Part shown: piece after piece, positions 1 through 8,604 of the stretch
Numbering within the stretch: the stretch's first letter is position 1
Layout: each line of letters starts with the position of its first letter
Translations under genes and position numbers: made by a program
Notes under the pieces: model-generated
The model's input: the letters and a program-made list of their open reading frames with translations, nothing else
Told to the model about the DNA's origin: nothing
Databases searched by the model: none
NCBI GenBank assembly: GCA_900546515.1
Contig: URDG01000001.1
Coordinates: 111,049 to 175,048 of the forward strand
Reading direction: 5' to 3'
Source of the DNA: an uncultured Eubacteriales bacterium
Lineage (GTDB): Bacteria > Bacillota > Clostridia > Oscillospirales > Oscillospiraceae
DNA length: 64,000 nt

Positions 1-719
1 CGGATCTCTCGCTGCATCTCGACACCGGTGACTTCGTGACAATAATCGGGGCAAACGGCGCCGGTAAATCGACGCTTTTCAACGCCATTTCCGGCAGCTT
101 TTTCACCGACTCAGGCAGCATAGAGCTCGACGGCGAGGACGTTACTTTTATGCCGGAGCACAAGCGCGCCAAGCAGATCGGCCGGCTTTTTCAGGACCCC
201 ATGCGCGGCAGCGCTCCGGGAATGACCATAGAAGAAAATCTCGCGCTGGCGGCCGGCAGGGGAGGATGGTTCTCCCACATAACAAAGGCCGACAGAGAGT
301 GCTTCTGTGAGAGGCTGTCGCTTCTCAACATGGGACTTGAGGATCGTCTGCGCCAGCCTGTTGGGCTGCTGTCCGGCGGGCAGCGGCAGGCATTGACGCT
401 GGTGATGGCAACTATGGTGCCGCCAAAGCTTTTGCTGCTTGATGAGCACACCGCGGCTCTTGATCCGGGAACCGCAGAAAAGGTTCTGGAGCTGACAAAA
501 AAGATAGTTGCAGAGGATAAACTCACCTGCCTTATGATAACACATAACATGCAGTCCGCGCTTGAACTTGGAAACCGCACATTGATGATGGATTCCGGGC
601 GCATAATCCTTGATATAGGCGGCAAAGAACGCGATGGGCTTACGGTCGACGATCTGCTTGCCCGTTTCAAGGCCGGCGTCGGCAAAGCGCTCGATAATGA
701 CCGCATGCTTTTGTCGTAA
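1..719 (+). CDS. ABC transporter ATP-binding protein, 5' end cut by window edge
   Basis: The frame is open from nt 3 (DLSLHLDTGDFV...) into the listed ORF. Walker A GANGAGKST, signature LSGGQRQ, Walker B LLLLDEHT and H-loop ITHN are present. A terminator follows. Confidence 0.9.
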   Translation, partial: DLSLHLDTGDFVTIIGANGAGKSTLFNAISGSFFTDSGSIELDGEDVTFMPEHKRAKQIGRLFQDPMRGSAPGMTIEENLALAAGRGGWFSHITKADRECFCERLSLLNMGLEDRLRQPVGLLSGGQRQALTLVMATMVPPKLLLLDEHTAALDPGTAEKVLELTKKIVAEDKLTCLMITHNMQSALELGNRTLMMDSGRIILDIGGKERDGLTVDDLLARFKAGVGKALDNDRMLLS

Positions 720-738
720 ATTCCCTGTGTACGCAGTT

Positions 739-779
739 ATCTGCGGCTTTCCGGTCATCGGTCAGCCGCAGATTTTTTC
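739..779 (+). terminator. Rho-independent terminator after the ABC ATPase gene
   Basis: CTGCGGCT (741-748) pairs with AGCCGCAG (764-771) and is followed by TTTTTT (773-778). Confidence 0.8.
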
Positions 780-799
780 TGTTTCATTCAAAAATTTTA

Positions 800-828
800 T
801 TTACAAGCATTACGAGGTATAGTATACT
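800..828 (+). promoter_or_regulatory. Sigma-A-type promoter candidate for glutamine synthetase gene
   Basis: TTTACA (800-805), 17-nt spacer, TATACT (823-828), about 95 nt upstream of the ATG at 923. Confidence 0.45.
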
Positions 829-856
829 TCATCTGTTAATTTTGTTTTACATGATT

Positions 857-900
857 CCCCTGTATGCGGGAACAACCGCATCAGGGGCACTTGATTTCTT
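857..900 (+). promoter_or_regulatory. 5' UTR hairpin, possible attenuator, ahead of glnA
   Basis: CCCCTG-t-ATGCGG (857-869), loop GAACAA, CCGCAT-c-AGGGG (876-887), then a U-rich CACTTGATTTCTT tract. RBS AAGGAGG sits at 909-915. Confidence 0.45.
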
Positions 901-922
901 CGGCTGTAAGGAGGCTTGAAGC

Positions 923-3025
923 ATGGGGGAGAAAACCAACCGTATCCCTGAACTGTTCGGCTCAATGGTTTTCAATGAGCATAAAATGGAGCAGTACATA
1001 CCCGAGGAGGCAATGAAGGTATGGCGTCAGTGCCTGAAAAGCGGCCAGCCGCTGCCTCTGTCCGTGGCAAATGAGATCGCAGACGGAATGAAGACCTGGG
1101 CGCTGGAGCATGACGCAACGCATTATACGCACTGGTTCCAGCCGATGACAGGCATCACTGCCGAGAAGCATGACAGCTTTATTAAAAGCATAGGCGGCGG
1201 TCAGGTCACCATGGATTTTTCAGGTTCCGAGTTGGTCTGCGGTGAGCCAGATGCATCCAGCTTCCCGACCGGCGGCCTGCGCGCCACATTTGAAGCGCGC
1301 GGTTACAGTGCATGGGATCCAACAGCCTTTGCTTTTTTGAAGGATGGCAGCCTGTGCATCCCGACTGTGTTCTGCTCCTACGGCGGCGCGGCGCTCGACA
1401 AAAAGACTCCGCTGCTTCGTTCGATGGAGGCTGTCAGCCGTGAGGCAGTGCGCGTTTTGCATCTGTTCGGCGATAAAGATGTTGAGAAGGTCACGCCGCA
1501 GGTCGGCCCTGAGCAGGAGTATTTCCTTATTGATAAAGAGATGTTTGAAAAGCGCGAGGATCTGCGTCTCTGCGGCAGGACACTGTTCGGTACAAAGCCG
1601 CCGAAAGGTCAGGAACTCGACGACCACTACTTTGGCGTTATCCGTCCGCGCGTTGCCGAGTATATGAAGGATCTGGATGAAGAACTGTGGAAGCTCGGCG
1701 TTCTGTCCAAAACCAAGCATAACGAGGTCGCCCCGGCCCAGCACGAAATGGCCCCTATCTATACCGACGCCAACACCGCAAATGATCAGAACCAGCTCGT
1801 CATGGAGACGATGAAAAAGGTAGCCGAACGGCATGGCATGGTATGCCTTCTGAGCGAAAAGCCTTTTGCCGGTGTTAACGGCTCCGGTAAGCATATAAAC
1901 TGGTCTCTCTCTACCGATACTGGCAACAATCTTTTCTCTCCCGGCAAAACTCCGAGCCAGAACGCCGAATTTCTGCTGTTCCTTGCTGCGTTTGTAAAGG
2001 GTGTCGACGAATATCAGGAGCTTCTGCGCTGCTCAGTCGCTTTTGCGGGTAATGACCACCGCCTTGGCGCGCAGGAAGCGCCTCCCGCGATCATCTCTAT
2101 TTTCCTTGGAGCGGAGCTTGAGGGAATTGTGGACGCTATCATTGATGAACGGGGATATTCAGAGCTTGAGCATAAGACGCTGCGCATAGGCGTCGATGTG
2201 CTTCCGTCTATCCCTCAGGATACGACTGACCGCAACAGAACTTCGCCTGTCGCTTTTACAGGCAACAAGTTTGAATTTCGTATGCCCGGCTCCAGCCAGT
2301 CCATTGCGGGCCCCGTCACCGTGCTCAATGCTATAATGGCTGATGAGCTCGGCCGCTTCTCTGCGGAGCTTGAGAAGGCTGATGATTTCAATGAGGCCTT
2401 GCACAGACTCATAAAAGACGCGTTCACTGAGCACCGCCGCATAATATTTGACGGCAACGGCTATGATAAAGCATGGGTGCTGGAGGCTGAAAAGCGCGGC
2501 CTTGCAAATCTCAGGAATACCGCCGAGGCTCTCCCAACATACATAATGCCGAAAAATATTGAACTGCTTACCCGGCAGGGGGTGTATACCTATGAGGAGA
2601 TCATGTCCCGCCACGACATCCATATTGAGCAGTACTGCAAAGTGATCCACATTGAGGCCGCTACGCTCGTAGATATTGTACAGCACGGCATTATAAACGC
2701 CGTTTCCGAGTACGAAGCAAAGCTCTGTGATGCAATAATTGCAAAGTACTCTGCAATTCCGGGCTCGACGCATCAGGTGGAGACCTCACTTGTAAATGCG
2801 CTGTGCATACTCAATGATGAGCTTCTTGAAAAAACCGTGGAGCTTAAAACTGCGATCGAGACGGTCAGTCCGAGTGCGAGCCCCGAAGAGCTTCTTGATT
2901 ATTATCACAATCAGGTTGAGAAGAAGACCGAGGCGGTGCGCGCCATTGTTGATAAGCTTGAGCTGCTCACCGCGTCCAAATACTGGCCTTATCCGACTTT
3001 CACGGAATTGCTTTTCTCAGTGTAA
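923..3025 (+). CDS. glnA: Glutamine synthetase, type III
   Basis: The 700-aa length and the N-terminal HYTHWFQPMTGITAEKHDSF block are typical of GSIII. The central NEVAPAQHE..., NGSGKHINWS and C-terminal DGNGYD blocks are also present. RBS AAGGAGG lies upstream. Confidence 0.9.
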   Translation: MGEKTNRIPELFGSMVFNEHKMEQYIPEEAMKVWRQCLKSGQPLPLSVANEIADGMKTWALEHDATHYTHWFQPMTGITAEKHDSFIKSIGGGQVTMDFSGSELVCGEPDASSFPTGGLRATFEARGYSAWDPTAFAFLKDGSLCIPTVFCSYGGAALDKKTPLLRSMEAVSREAVRVLHLFGDKDVEKVTPQVGPEQEYFLIDKEMFEKREDLRLCGRTLFGTKPPKGQELDDHYFGVIRPRVAEYMKDLDEELWKLGVLSKTKHNEVAPAQHEMAPIYTDANTANDQNQLVMETMKKVAERHGMVCLLSEKPFAGVNGSGKHINWSLSTDTGNNLFSPGKTPSQNAEFLLFLAAFVKGVDEYQELLRCSVAFAGNDHRLGAQEAPPAIISIFLGAELEGIVDAIIDERGYSELEHKTLRIGVDVLPSIPQDTTDRNRTSPVAFTGNKFEFRMPGSSQSIAGPVTVLNAIMADELGRFSAELEKADDFNEALHRLIKDAFTEHRRIIFDGNGYDKAWVLEAEKRGLANLRNTAEALPTYIMPKNIELLTRQGVYTYEEIMSRHDIHIEQYCKVIHIEAATLVDIVQHGIINAVSEYEAKLCDAIIAKYSAIPGSTHQVETSLVNALCILNDELLEKTVELKTAIETVSPSASPEELLDYYHNQVEKKTEAVRAIVDKLELLTASKYWPYPTFTELLFSV

Positions 3026-3030
3026 ATAAC

Positions 3031-3062
3031 AAAAATCTCCCGGAGTGTCCGGGAGATTTTTG
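3031..3062. terminator. Bidirectional terminator between convergent glnA and the deacetylase gene
   Basis: AAAAATCTCCCGG (3031-3043) and CCGGGAGATTTTT (3049-3061) form a perfect 13-bp stem with A/T runs on both sides. Confidence 0.85.
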
Positions 3063-3096
3063 TTTGCAGCGCCGTATAAGACGGAGCTTTCTTAAT

Positions 3097-3870
3097 TCAG
3101 CTGCCGGCTTCCGGCAGGCAATGCATCTGCGTTGTGCCCAGCACACGGAAGCCCTCGGCCTGACGGCACAGCATACGCAGTCCGAAATCAGCCGCTCTCA
3201 GCTTTATATATAGGCGGATTGCCTTTCCGTCCGGTGAATCAGGCGGGAACTGGCTGAGGTGGCAGGAAAAAATTGCATCGAGCTGACGGTCAACATAGCC
3301 GTCTGTGCGTATAAACTGGTTGGCTTTTGCGGTCATATAATACGCCAGAGCCTTGACCGGGGCGCTCTCCGCTCCATATCCGGACATTATTCCGCTGTAT
3401 GGAGCGAGATAAGCTGCGCGGCGCACCGCTTCGCCGACGTTCAGGTGGTCAATGTGACATTCACTTGTAACGCACGGATCCGGCGCAAATACCGCCTCGG
3501 GCTTGAATTCGCCCATTACGCGGACTATACCCTTGAAAAGTTCATCCTGCTTATAAAAACCGCCGTCTGTAAGGTTAAGAAAACGTACATCCCTTACGCC
3601 GAGTTTGGCGGCCGATTGGACCGCCTCGTTTTTTCTCAGCGCTGCAAGAGCGTCGCCGCGTATACCGGAAGGTGCGCTGCCGTCGCCGTACCGGCCGTCA
3701 ATACATATGAGAAAGCACACGTCCTTGCCCATATCTGCAAGCTTTGCGGCCGTGGCGCCCGCTCCGATCTCTATATCGTCAGGATGCGGGCCGACAAAGA
3801 GAAAACGCTGCTGCTTTTCAAGTTTCGGCAGCGGTGCCGCAAGCTTCAGCGCGAGTCTTGTGATGCTCAT
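3097..3870 (-). CDS. PIG-L (LmbE-like) family deacetylase
   Basis: The N-terminal FVGPHPDDIEIGAG motif and downstream HxDH-type metal-ligand region (CHIDHLNVG) match the family. It abuts the transporter gene upstream with a 3-nt gap. Confidence 0.8.
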   Translation of the reverse strand: MSITRLALKLAAPLPKLEKQQRFLFVGPHPDDIEIGAGATAAKLADMGKDVCFLICIDGRYGDGSAPSGIRGDALAALRKNEAVQSAAKLGVRDVRFLNLTDGGFYKQDELFKGIVRVMGEFKPEAVFAPDPCVTSECHIDHLNVGEAVRRAAYLAPYSGIMSGYGAESAPVKALAYYMTAKANQFIRTDGYVDRQLDAIFSCHLSQFPPDSPDGKAIRLYIKLRAADFGLRMLCRQAEGFRVLGTTQMHCLPEAGS

Positions 3871-3873
3871 TTC

Positions 3874-5388
3874 TTACCCTCTGCGTGCCTGAAGCTCGCC
3901 GCATATACGCGTATACTCATCCTCATCGAGCTTATAGTGCTTTTTATAAAGAATATATGACACAAACATGAATATAAACGGAACCACCGTGATGCATACA
4001 AGGAGGCCGAGCTTCTGACCGCTCTGTACGTTGGTTATGACCCCGGCGATATTGCTGAGCTTCTGCGCCTCTGTCATCTCGCCCATAGACGTCAGCTGCT
4101 CAAATTTTGAGATCTCATTGGTATAATTGAGAACGCCGAATACGATATAAAAAACATATGTCAGCACGGCGACAAGCGCGGAGGAAAGCTTCGTGAGGAA
4201 GGGACGAAGAGAGGCGATTATAGCTTCGTCACGCTCTCCATGCTTGAGCTCGTTATATTCGACTGTATTGAGTATGGAGATCATCATGATGAGATAAAAG
4301 CTGTACTGTCCGAAGTTCGCAAGCATATATCCCGCTGTGAACAGCCAGCATTTGAGCGAGGCGTTGGCAGACGGCATAAAAGCGCCGATCACAAACATTG
4401 CAATATAGCCGATGGCTGACACAAGGATCATTATAGCCATGAGAGGCTTCCTGTTTATTTTCTGGGAAATTGCCGGATATAACACCATGAGCACGGCTGT
4501 CGCGGCAAGGCCGAATGTGGAGAAGTTTGAGTAGTAGCCGCCCTGGTAGCCAAGGTCGAAATAAATGTAAGTTGAGCCCAAGCCGCCGAGTGCAAGTCCA
4601 TTGCCTATCTGCTGGACAAGGAATATAAGCGCTATCCAAAGGAGCTGATCGTTTCCGCCGATAGTGCCGAATATTTTCTTGAAGCTGACCGGCGGGACCT
4701 TTTCTTTGTTATAATCCCTGTTCTCACGCACGCCGAAAATCGTAAAGCACAAAAATAGGGGCGCAATTATGCAGATGACCAGCGCAATACGTCCGTAAGC
4801 ATAGCTTGCCGAACCGCCGATAGTGCCGGCACCAGTGGTAAAGCGGGGGATGAGGAAGCCTGCGATCGCGCCCCCGATACCGGCAAACAGTGTCGCTCTG
4901 GATGTAAACTGATTGCGAACGTGCGAATCAGTGCCAAGCGAGGGGATCATGCCCCAGTAGGATATATCATGCATTGTGAATGTGATACTGTACATGAAAT
5001 ATATAACGCCGAAAAACCATATAAAGCTCCAGCCCTGCAGGTTCGTGTTGAAGGCCAGATATACAACGATAGACGTTGAGACAATGCCGATAGCGAGCCA
5101 AGGCTTGAATTTGCCACATTTTGTTCTTGTGCGCTCAATGATATTGCCCATTATCGGGTCGTTGAGCGCATCAAATACGCGCGCGCCGACAATTATTGCG
5201 GTTATCGCCGCAAGCTGAGCCGCATCAAGCTTGCGGGTAAAGAGTATAAAGGTCAAAATAAAATTGGTGAAGAGATTGTATATCATATCTCTGCCAATAG
5301 TGCCAAGGGGATACATTATAAGGTTTTTCTTCCTGATTTTCAGTTCTTCGTCCATTGCAGCCGGTCTCCATTCTTTATGATCTTTCAC
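3874..5388 (-). CDS. Glycoside-pentoside-hexuronide (GPH) family cation symporter, MFS superfamily
   Basis: 504 aa, about 12 predicted hydrophobic spans, and an N-terminal MelB/GPH-like pattern (YPLGTIGRDMIYNL..., DALNDPIMGNIIERT). Confidence 0.8.
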   Translation of the reverse strand: MKDHKEWRPAAMDEELKIRKKNLIMYPLGTIGRDMIYNLFTNFILTFILFTRKLDAAQLAAITAIIVGARVFDALNDPIMGNIIERTRTKCGKFKPWLAIGIVSTSIVVYLAFNTNLQGWSFIWFFGVIYFMYSITFTMHDISYWGMIPSLGTDSHVRNQFTSRATLFAGIGGAIAGFLIPRFTTGAGTIGGSASYAYGRIALVICIIAPLFLCFTIFGVRENRDYNKEKVPPVSFKKIFGTIGGNDQLLWIALIFLVQQIGNGLALGGLGSTYIYFDLGYQGGYYSNFSTFGLAATAVLMVLYPAISQKINRKPLMAIMILVSAIGYIAMFVIGAFMPSANASLKCWLFTAGYMLANFGQYSFYLIMMISILNTVEYNELKHGERDEAIIASLRPFLTKLSSALVAVLTYVFYIVFGVLNYTNEISKFEQLTSMGEMTEAQKLSNIAGVITNVQSGQKLGLLVCITVVPFIFMFVSYILYKKHYKLDEDEYTRICGELQARRG

Positions 5389-5454
5389 AGGAAATAAGAT
5401 TTAAATAATTATAACACCATACCGACTGCATGACCAGAACAATTTATCTTCCGC

Positions 5455-6831
5455 TTATAGTTTATGAAAATACTCTTTTGTGAGTCTGGCGACAGTGCCC
5501 GACATCAGCAGCAGGGCGATAAGATTAGGTATGGCCATGAAGCCGTTTAGAGTGTCGGATATATCCCAAACCAGCGTACCTGAACCTGTTGCCCCGGCAA
5601 AGCAGGCAAAAACGAAGAAAAACTTGTAGACAAGTATGGCCGCTTTGTTTTCATGCGCCAGATACGCCCAGCAGCGCTCGCCGTAATAACACCAGCTTAT
5701 TATGCTGGAAACAGCGAAAAAAATTATACTTATCTGTATGATCGTGCCGCCGAAGCTTCTGTGAATTATTGCGTTGAAGGCGGCGGCAGCAGCTGCGCCA
5801 CGAGACGGAAATGCATCCAGTCCGCCCGGTGTATCCAATATCCCGGACAGCAGCACCGTAATTGCCGTGATGGAGCAGATCACTATAGTGTCCATAAAAA
5901 CCTCAAAAACGCCCCACATAGCCTGTTCGCACGGTTCATCAGTAGAAGAGGCCGCATGCACTATCGGCGCAGAACCGAGCCCGGCCTCGTTTGAAAACAC
6001 ACCGCATGCCACACCCTGCCTCACAGAACGCATTATTGCATAGCCGAAAAGACCGCCGCCCACAGAGCGGAAGCTGAATGCACTTTTGGCGATAAGCCGC
6101 AGCATCGCCGGTATGTCCGCAAACCGCACGATAATTATATAAAGTCCGGCGAGCATGAAAAACAGCGACATGAACGGCACCAGAAAGGCTGTGAAGCTTC
6201 CGATACGCTTTACTCCTCCGATCACCACAAAGCCCACCAGCAGTGCAAGGCACAGGCCTGTCACATGTTTATCTACGTTGAAAAGCTCCGTCATTGCTCC
6301 GGCAATCTCACTGCTCTGCGCCATATTTCCAATACCGAAGCTTGCAAGCCCGCCGAACAGAGAGAATATGAGCGCAAGCCAGCGCCATTCTTTACCCAGA
6401 CCGGACTCTATGTAATACATCGGGCCGCCGAGGTTCCGGCCTTCGCCGTCTACTCTGCGGTATTTTACTGCAAGCGCTATTTCAGCATACTTTGTACACA
6501 TTCCGAAGAAGGCTGAAACCCACATCCAGAATACGGCCCCCGGCCCGCCTGTGAATATTGCGCCGGTCACACCTGCGATATTTCCTGTACCCACGGTCCC
6601 GGCCAACGCCGTGGTCATCGCCTGAAACGGCGTGAGGTTTTTGCCATCCGCGCTGTTCTTATCCCTGAACAGTGCGCCGGCTGTATTGCGCATCATATAA
6701 CGGAACCGTGTAAATTGTACAAAACCGGTCCGGAATGACAGAAAAACGCCCGTGCCAACAAACAGAACCAGCATCACTGGCCCCCAGGCAAAGGCGTTTA
6801 ATTTTTCGTTGATATTTATTACCGCGTTCAT
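5455..6831 (-). CDS. Alanine/glycine:cation symporter (AGCS family)
   Basis: 458 aa. LTPFQAMTTALAGTVGTGNIAGVTGAIFTGGPGAVFWMW is the characteristic AGCS block. Confidence 0.9.
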   Translation of the reverse strand: MNAVININEKLNAFAWGPVMLVLFVGTGVFLSFRTGFVQFTRFRYMMRNTAGALFRDKNSADGKNLTPFQAMTTALAGTVGTGNIAGVTGAIFTGGPGAVFWMWVSAFFGMCTKYAEIALAVKYRRVDGEGRNLGGPMYYIESGLGKEWRWLALIFSLFGGLASFGIGNMAQSSEIAGAMTELFNVDKHVTGLCLALLVGFVVIGGVKRIGSFTAFLVPFMSLFFMLAGLYIIIVRFADIPAMLRLIAKSAFSFRSVGGGLFGYAIMRSVRQGVACGVFSNEAGLGSAPIVHAASSTDEPCEQAMWGVFEVFMDTIVICSITAITVLLSGILDTPGGLDAFPSRGAAAAAAFNAIIHRSFGGTIIQISIIFFAVSSIISWCYYGERCWAYLAHENKAAILVYKFFFVFACFAGATGSGTLVWDISDTLNGFMAIPNLIALLLMSGTVARLTKEYFHKL

Positions 6832-6883
6832 TAAATGACCTCACAGCCTTGTAATACATGGGTTATATTACAAGGATATGCGG

Positions 6884-7567
6884 CTACACCGGCTTGATAT
6901 ACACAATGTTGCAGACAAGACGGCTGCTGTATGCCCGGACATACAGCTCATAATCCCTGCGGCTTATATAATACCTGTGTCCCCACGAGGATACCGTGAT
7001 CCAATCGTCGCTGATAGCTGTAACGCTCATATAGTGCGCCTTTACCGCACCGATCCGGCGATAACTTCCGTCGGGAAGTCTGGTGTAAAGTCCGGTTTGA
7101 TTGTTCTGCCAGAATTTTGGGAGATTAGGCCCTACTGCGATTATGACAGGCATATCGCGGTCAAGCATCTCTTCAATACAGCTCCACAGCGAGCTGTATC
7201 TGACGCCCCACTGGGCGCGCAGATCATATCCGTTCTGCCTGAAGAAAAAATTTATCCCGCAGACAAGTCCGACACCGTTTATTCCGAACGGTGGAGTTAT
7301 GGGGAAAAAACGCCGGCAAAGCTTTTTGAGAATATCATTATAGCTATTGACCGGTATGGGCCTGTTTATGCCGAGAGATGAAAAAAGCTCCGCGCTGCAC
7401 CCACGCCTGTATCGGTGCAGATATATGAAGAGATCCGCAGCAGCGACTGCGCCGCAGCCGCATTGTCTTATTGCAGCGCTGTCAGACAGCATTTGGCTTC
7501 CACCGTATGTAAGAAGGCCGTTGTTGTCTTCGGAGGGAAAGCTGTGCCTCAGTCTGTGCTCTGCCAT
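6884..7567 (-). CDS. Hypothetical cytoplasmic protein with papain-like (C39-like) Cys/His signature
   Basis: 227 aa with no signal peptide. It has a QCGCGAVAAADL nucleophile-like motif near the N-terminus and VKAHYMSVTAISDD later. The family assignment is from memory only. Confidence 0.5.
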   Translation of the reverse strand: MAEHRLRHSFPSEDNNGLLTYGGSQMLSDSAAIRQCGCGAVAAADLFIYLHRYRRGCSAELFSSLGINRPIPVNSYNDILKKLCRRFFPITPPFGINGVGLVCGINFFFRQNGYDLRAQWGVRYSSLWSCIEEMLDRDMPVIIAVGPNLPKFWQNNQTGLYTRLPDGSYRRIGAVKAHYMSVTAISDDWITVSSWGHRYYISRRDYELYVRAYSSRLVCNIVYIKPV

Positions 7568-7624
7568 TTTTTCACCGTCCTTTACTTTATTTTAGCCTCC
7601 GTTGATCACAAATGCAAGAAAGAT

Positions 7625-7652
7625 TTGACTTATATGAAGAAAGGCATATAAT
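7625..7652 (+). promoter_or_regulatory. Sigma-A-type promoter candidate for the AAA/vWA gene pair
   Basis: TTGACT (7625-7630), 16-nt spacer, TATAAT (7647-7652). RBS AGAGGGGAGA is at 7671-7680 and the ATG at 7690. Confidence 0.5.
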
Positions 7653-7689
7653 GTGAATAAAGAGTTTTTTAGAGGGGAGACGTATAAAT

Positions 7690-8604
7690 ATGCTTGATTT
7701 TCTGCGCAGCGAGGGCATTGATGAAAGCACTGTCCGCAGAATAATGGAATTCCGGCGCGAATATTCTGTAAATGACGAACAGGCTTACCGCGTGCCGCAC
7801 CCTAAATACAGATACTATGGTACAGAGGTGTGGAGAAAGGCTTTGGCTGCACTGCTTGCAGGGGAGAATCTGCTTCTGGTCGGCCCGAAGGCTACCGGCA
7901 AGAATGTCCTTGCCGAGAACCTTGCTGCGGTGTTCGGCCGCCCTCAGTGGGATATATCATTTTACCTGAACACCGATGCAGCGTCTCTTATAGGCACAGA
8001 TACCTTCAAAAACGGTGAAGTAAGCCTGCGGCGCGGCCCCATATATCAGTGCGCGGTCGAGGGCGGCTTTGGAGTGCTGGACGAGATAAACATGGCTAAG
8101 AATGAGTCTCTTTCCGTCCTGCATGCCACGCTTGATTTCCGCCGTATTATTGACGTTCCCGGCTATGACCGTATTGAGCTTGCACCGTGCACACGCTTCA
8201 TTGCTACGATGAATTACGGCTATGCAGGTACGCGAGAGATAAACGAAGCGCTTGCGTCGCGCTTTATGGTCATAAATATGCCGATAATCTCGGCTGAGAA
8301 TCTTGAAAAGCTCATGCTTGCGCAGTTCCCGAAGCTCAGACAAGAATACGCAAAGCAGCTTGCCGAGCTCTTTCAGGAGCTGCGGAAAAAGTGCGACAGC
8401 TCCGAAATTTCCACAAAGGCGCTTGATCTGCGCGGCCTTCTTGCCGCCGTCAGTCTCACGCGTCAGGGACTTGCTCTTGATGAGGCACTGGAACTGGGCA
8501 TAATAAACAAGAGCTTTGACGATTTTGAACGCCAGCTGGTATCCGACGTTATTGCCGCAAGGATCGAATCCGGGCTGGACGAGAACAGGCTTTTTGAAAA
8601 ATAA
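7690..8604 (+). CDS. AAA_5 (CbbQ/NorQ/MoxR-like) ATPase
   Basis: Walker A-like GPKATGKN, Walker B FGVLDEIN, sensor-1 FIATMNYG and ALASRF are present. The stop overlaps the start of the vWA gene (ATAATG at 8601-8606). Confidence 0.85.
   Translation: MLDFLRSEGIDESTVRRIMEFRREYSVNDEQAYRVPHPKYRYYGTEVWRKALAALLAGENLLLVGPKATGKNVLAENLAAVFGRPQWDISFYLNTDAASLIGTDTFKNGEVSLRRGPIYQCAVEGGFGVLDEINMAKNESLSVLHATLDFRRIIDVPGYDRIELAPCTRFIATMNYGYAGTREINEALASRFMVINMPIISAENLEKLMLAQFPKLRQEYAKQLAELFQELRKKCDSSEISTKALDLRGLLAAVSLTRQGLALDEALELGIINKSFDDFERQLVSDVIAARIESGLDENRLFEK

Noticed and set aside
834-851. A TnrA/GlnR-like palindrome, TGTTA-N8-TTACA, just downstream of the predicted glnA -10.
   Set aside because: The established box is TGTNA-N7-TNACA. 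Here the spacer is 8 nt and the region is AT-rich, so I treat it as a chance near-match unless a GlnR ortholog and other sites are found.
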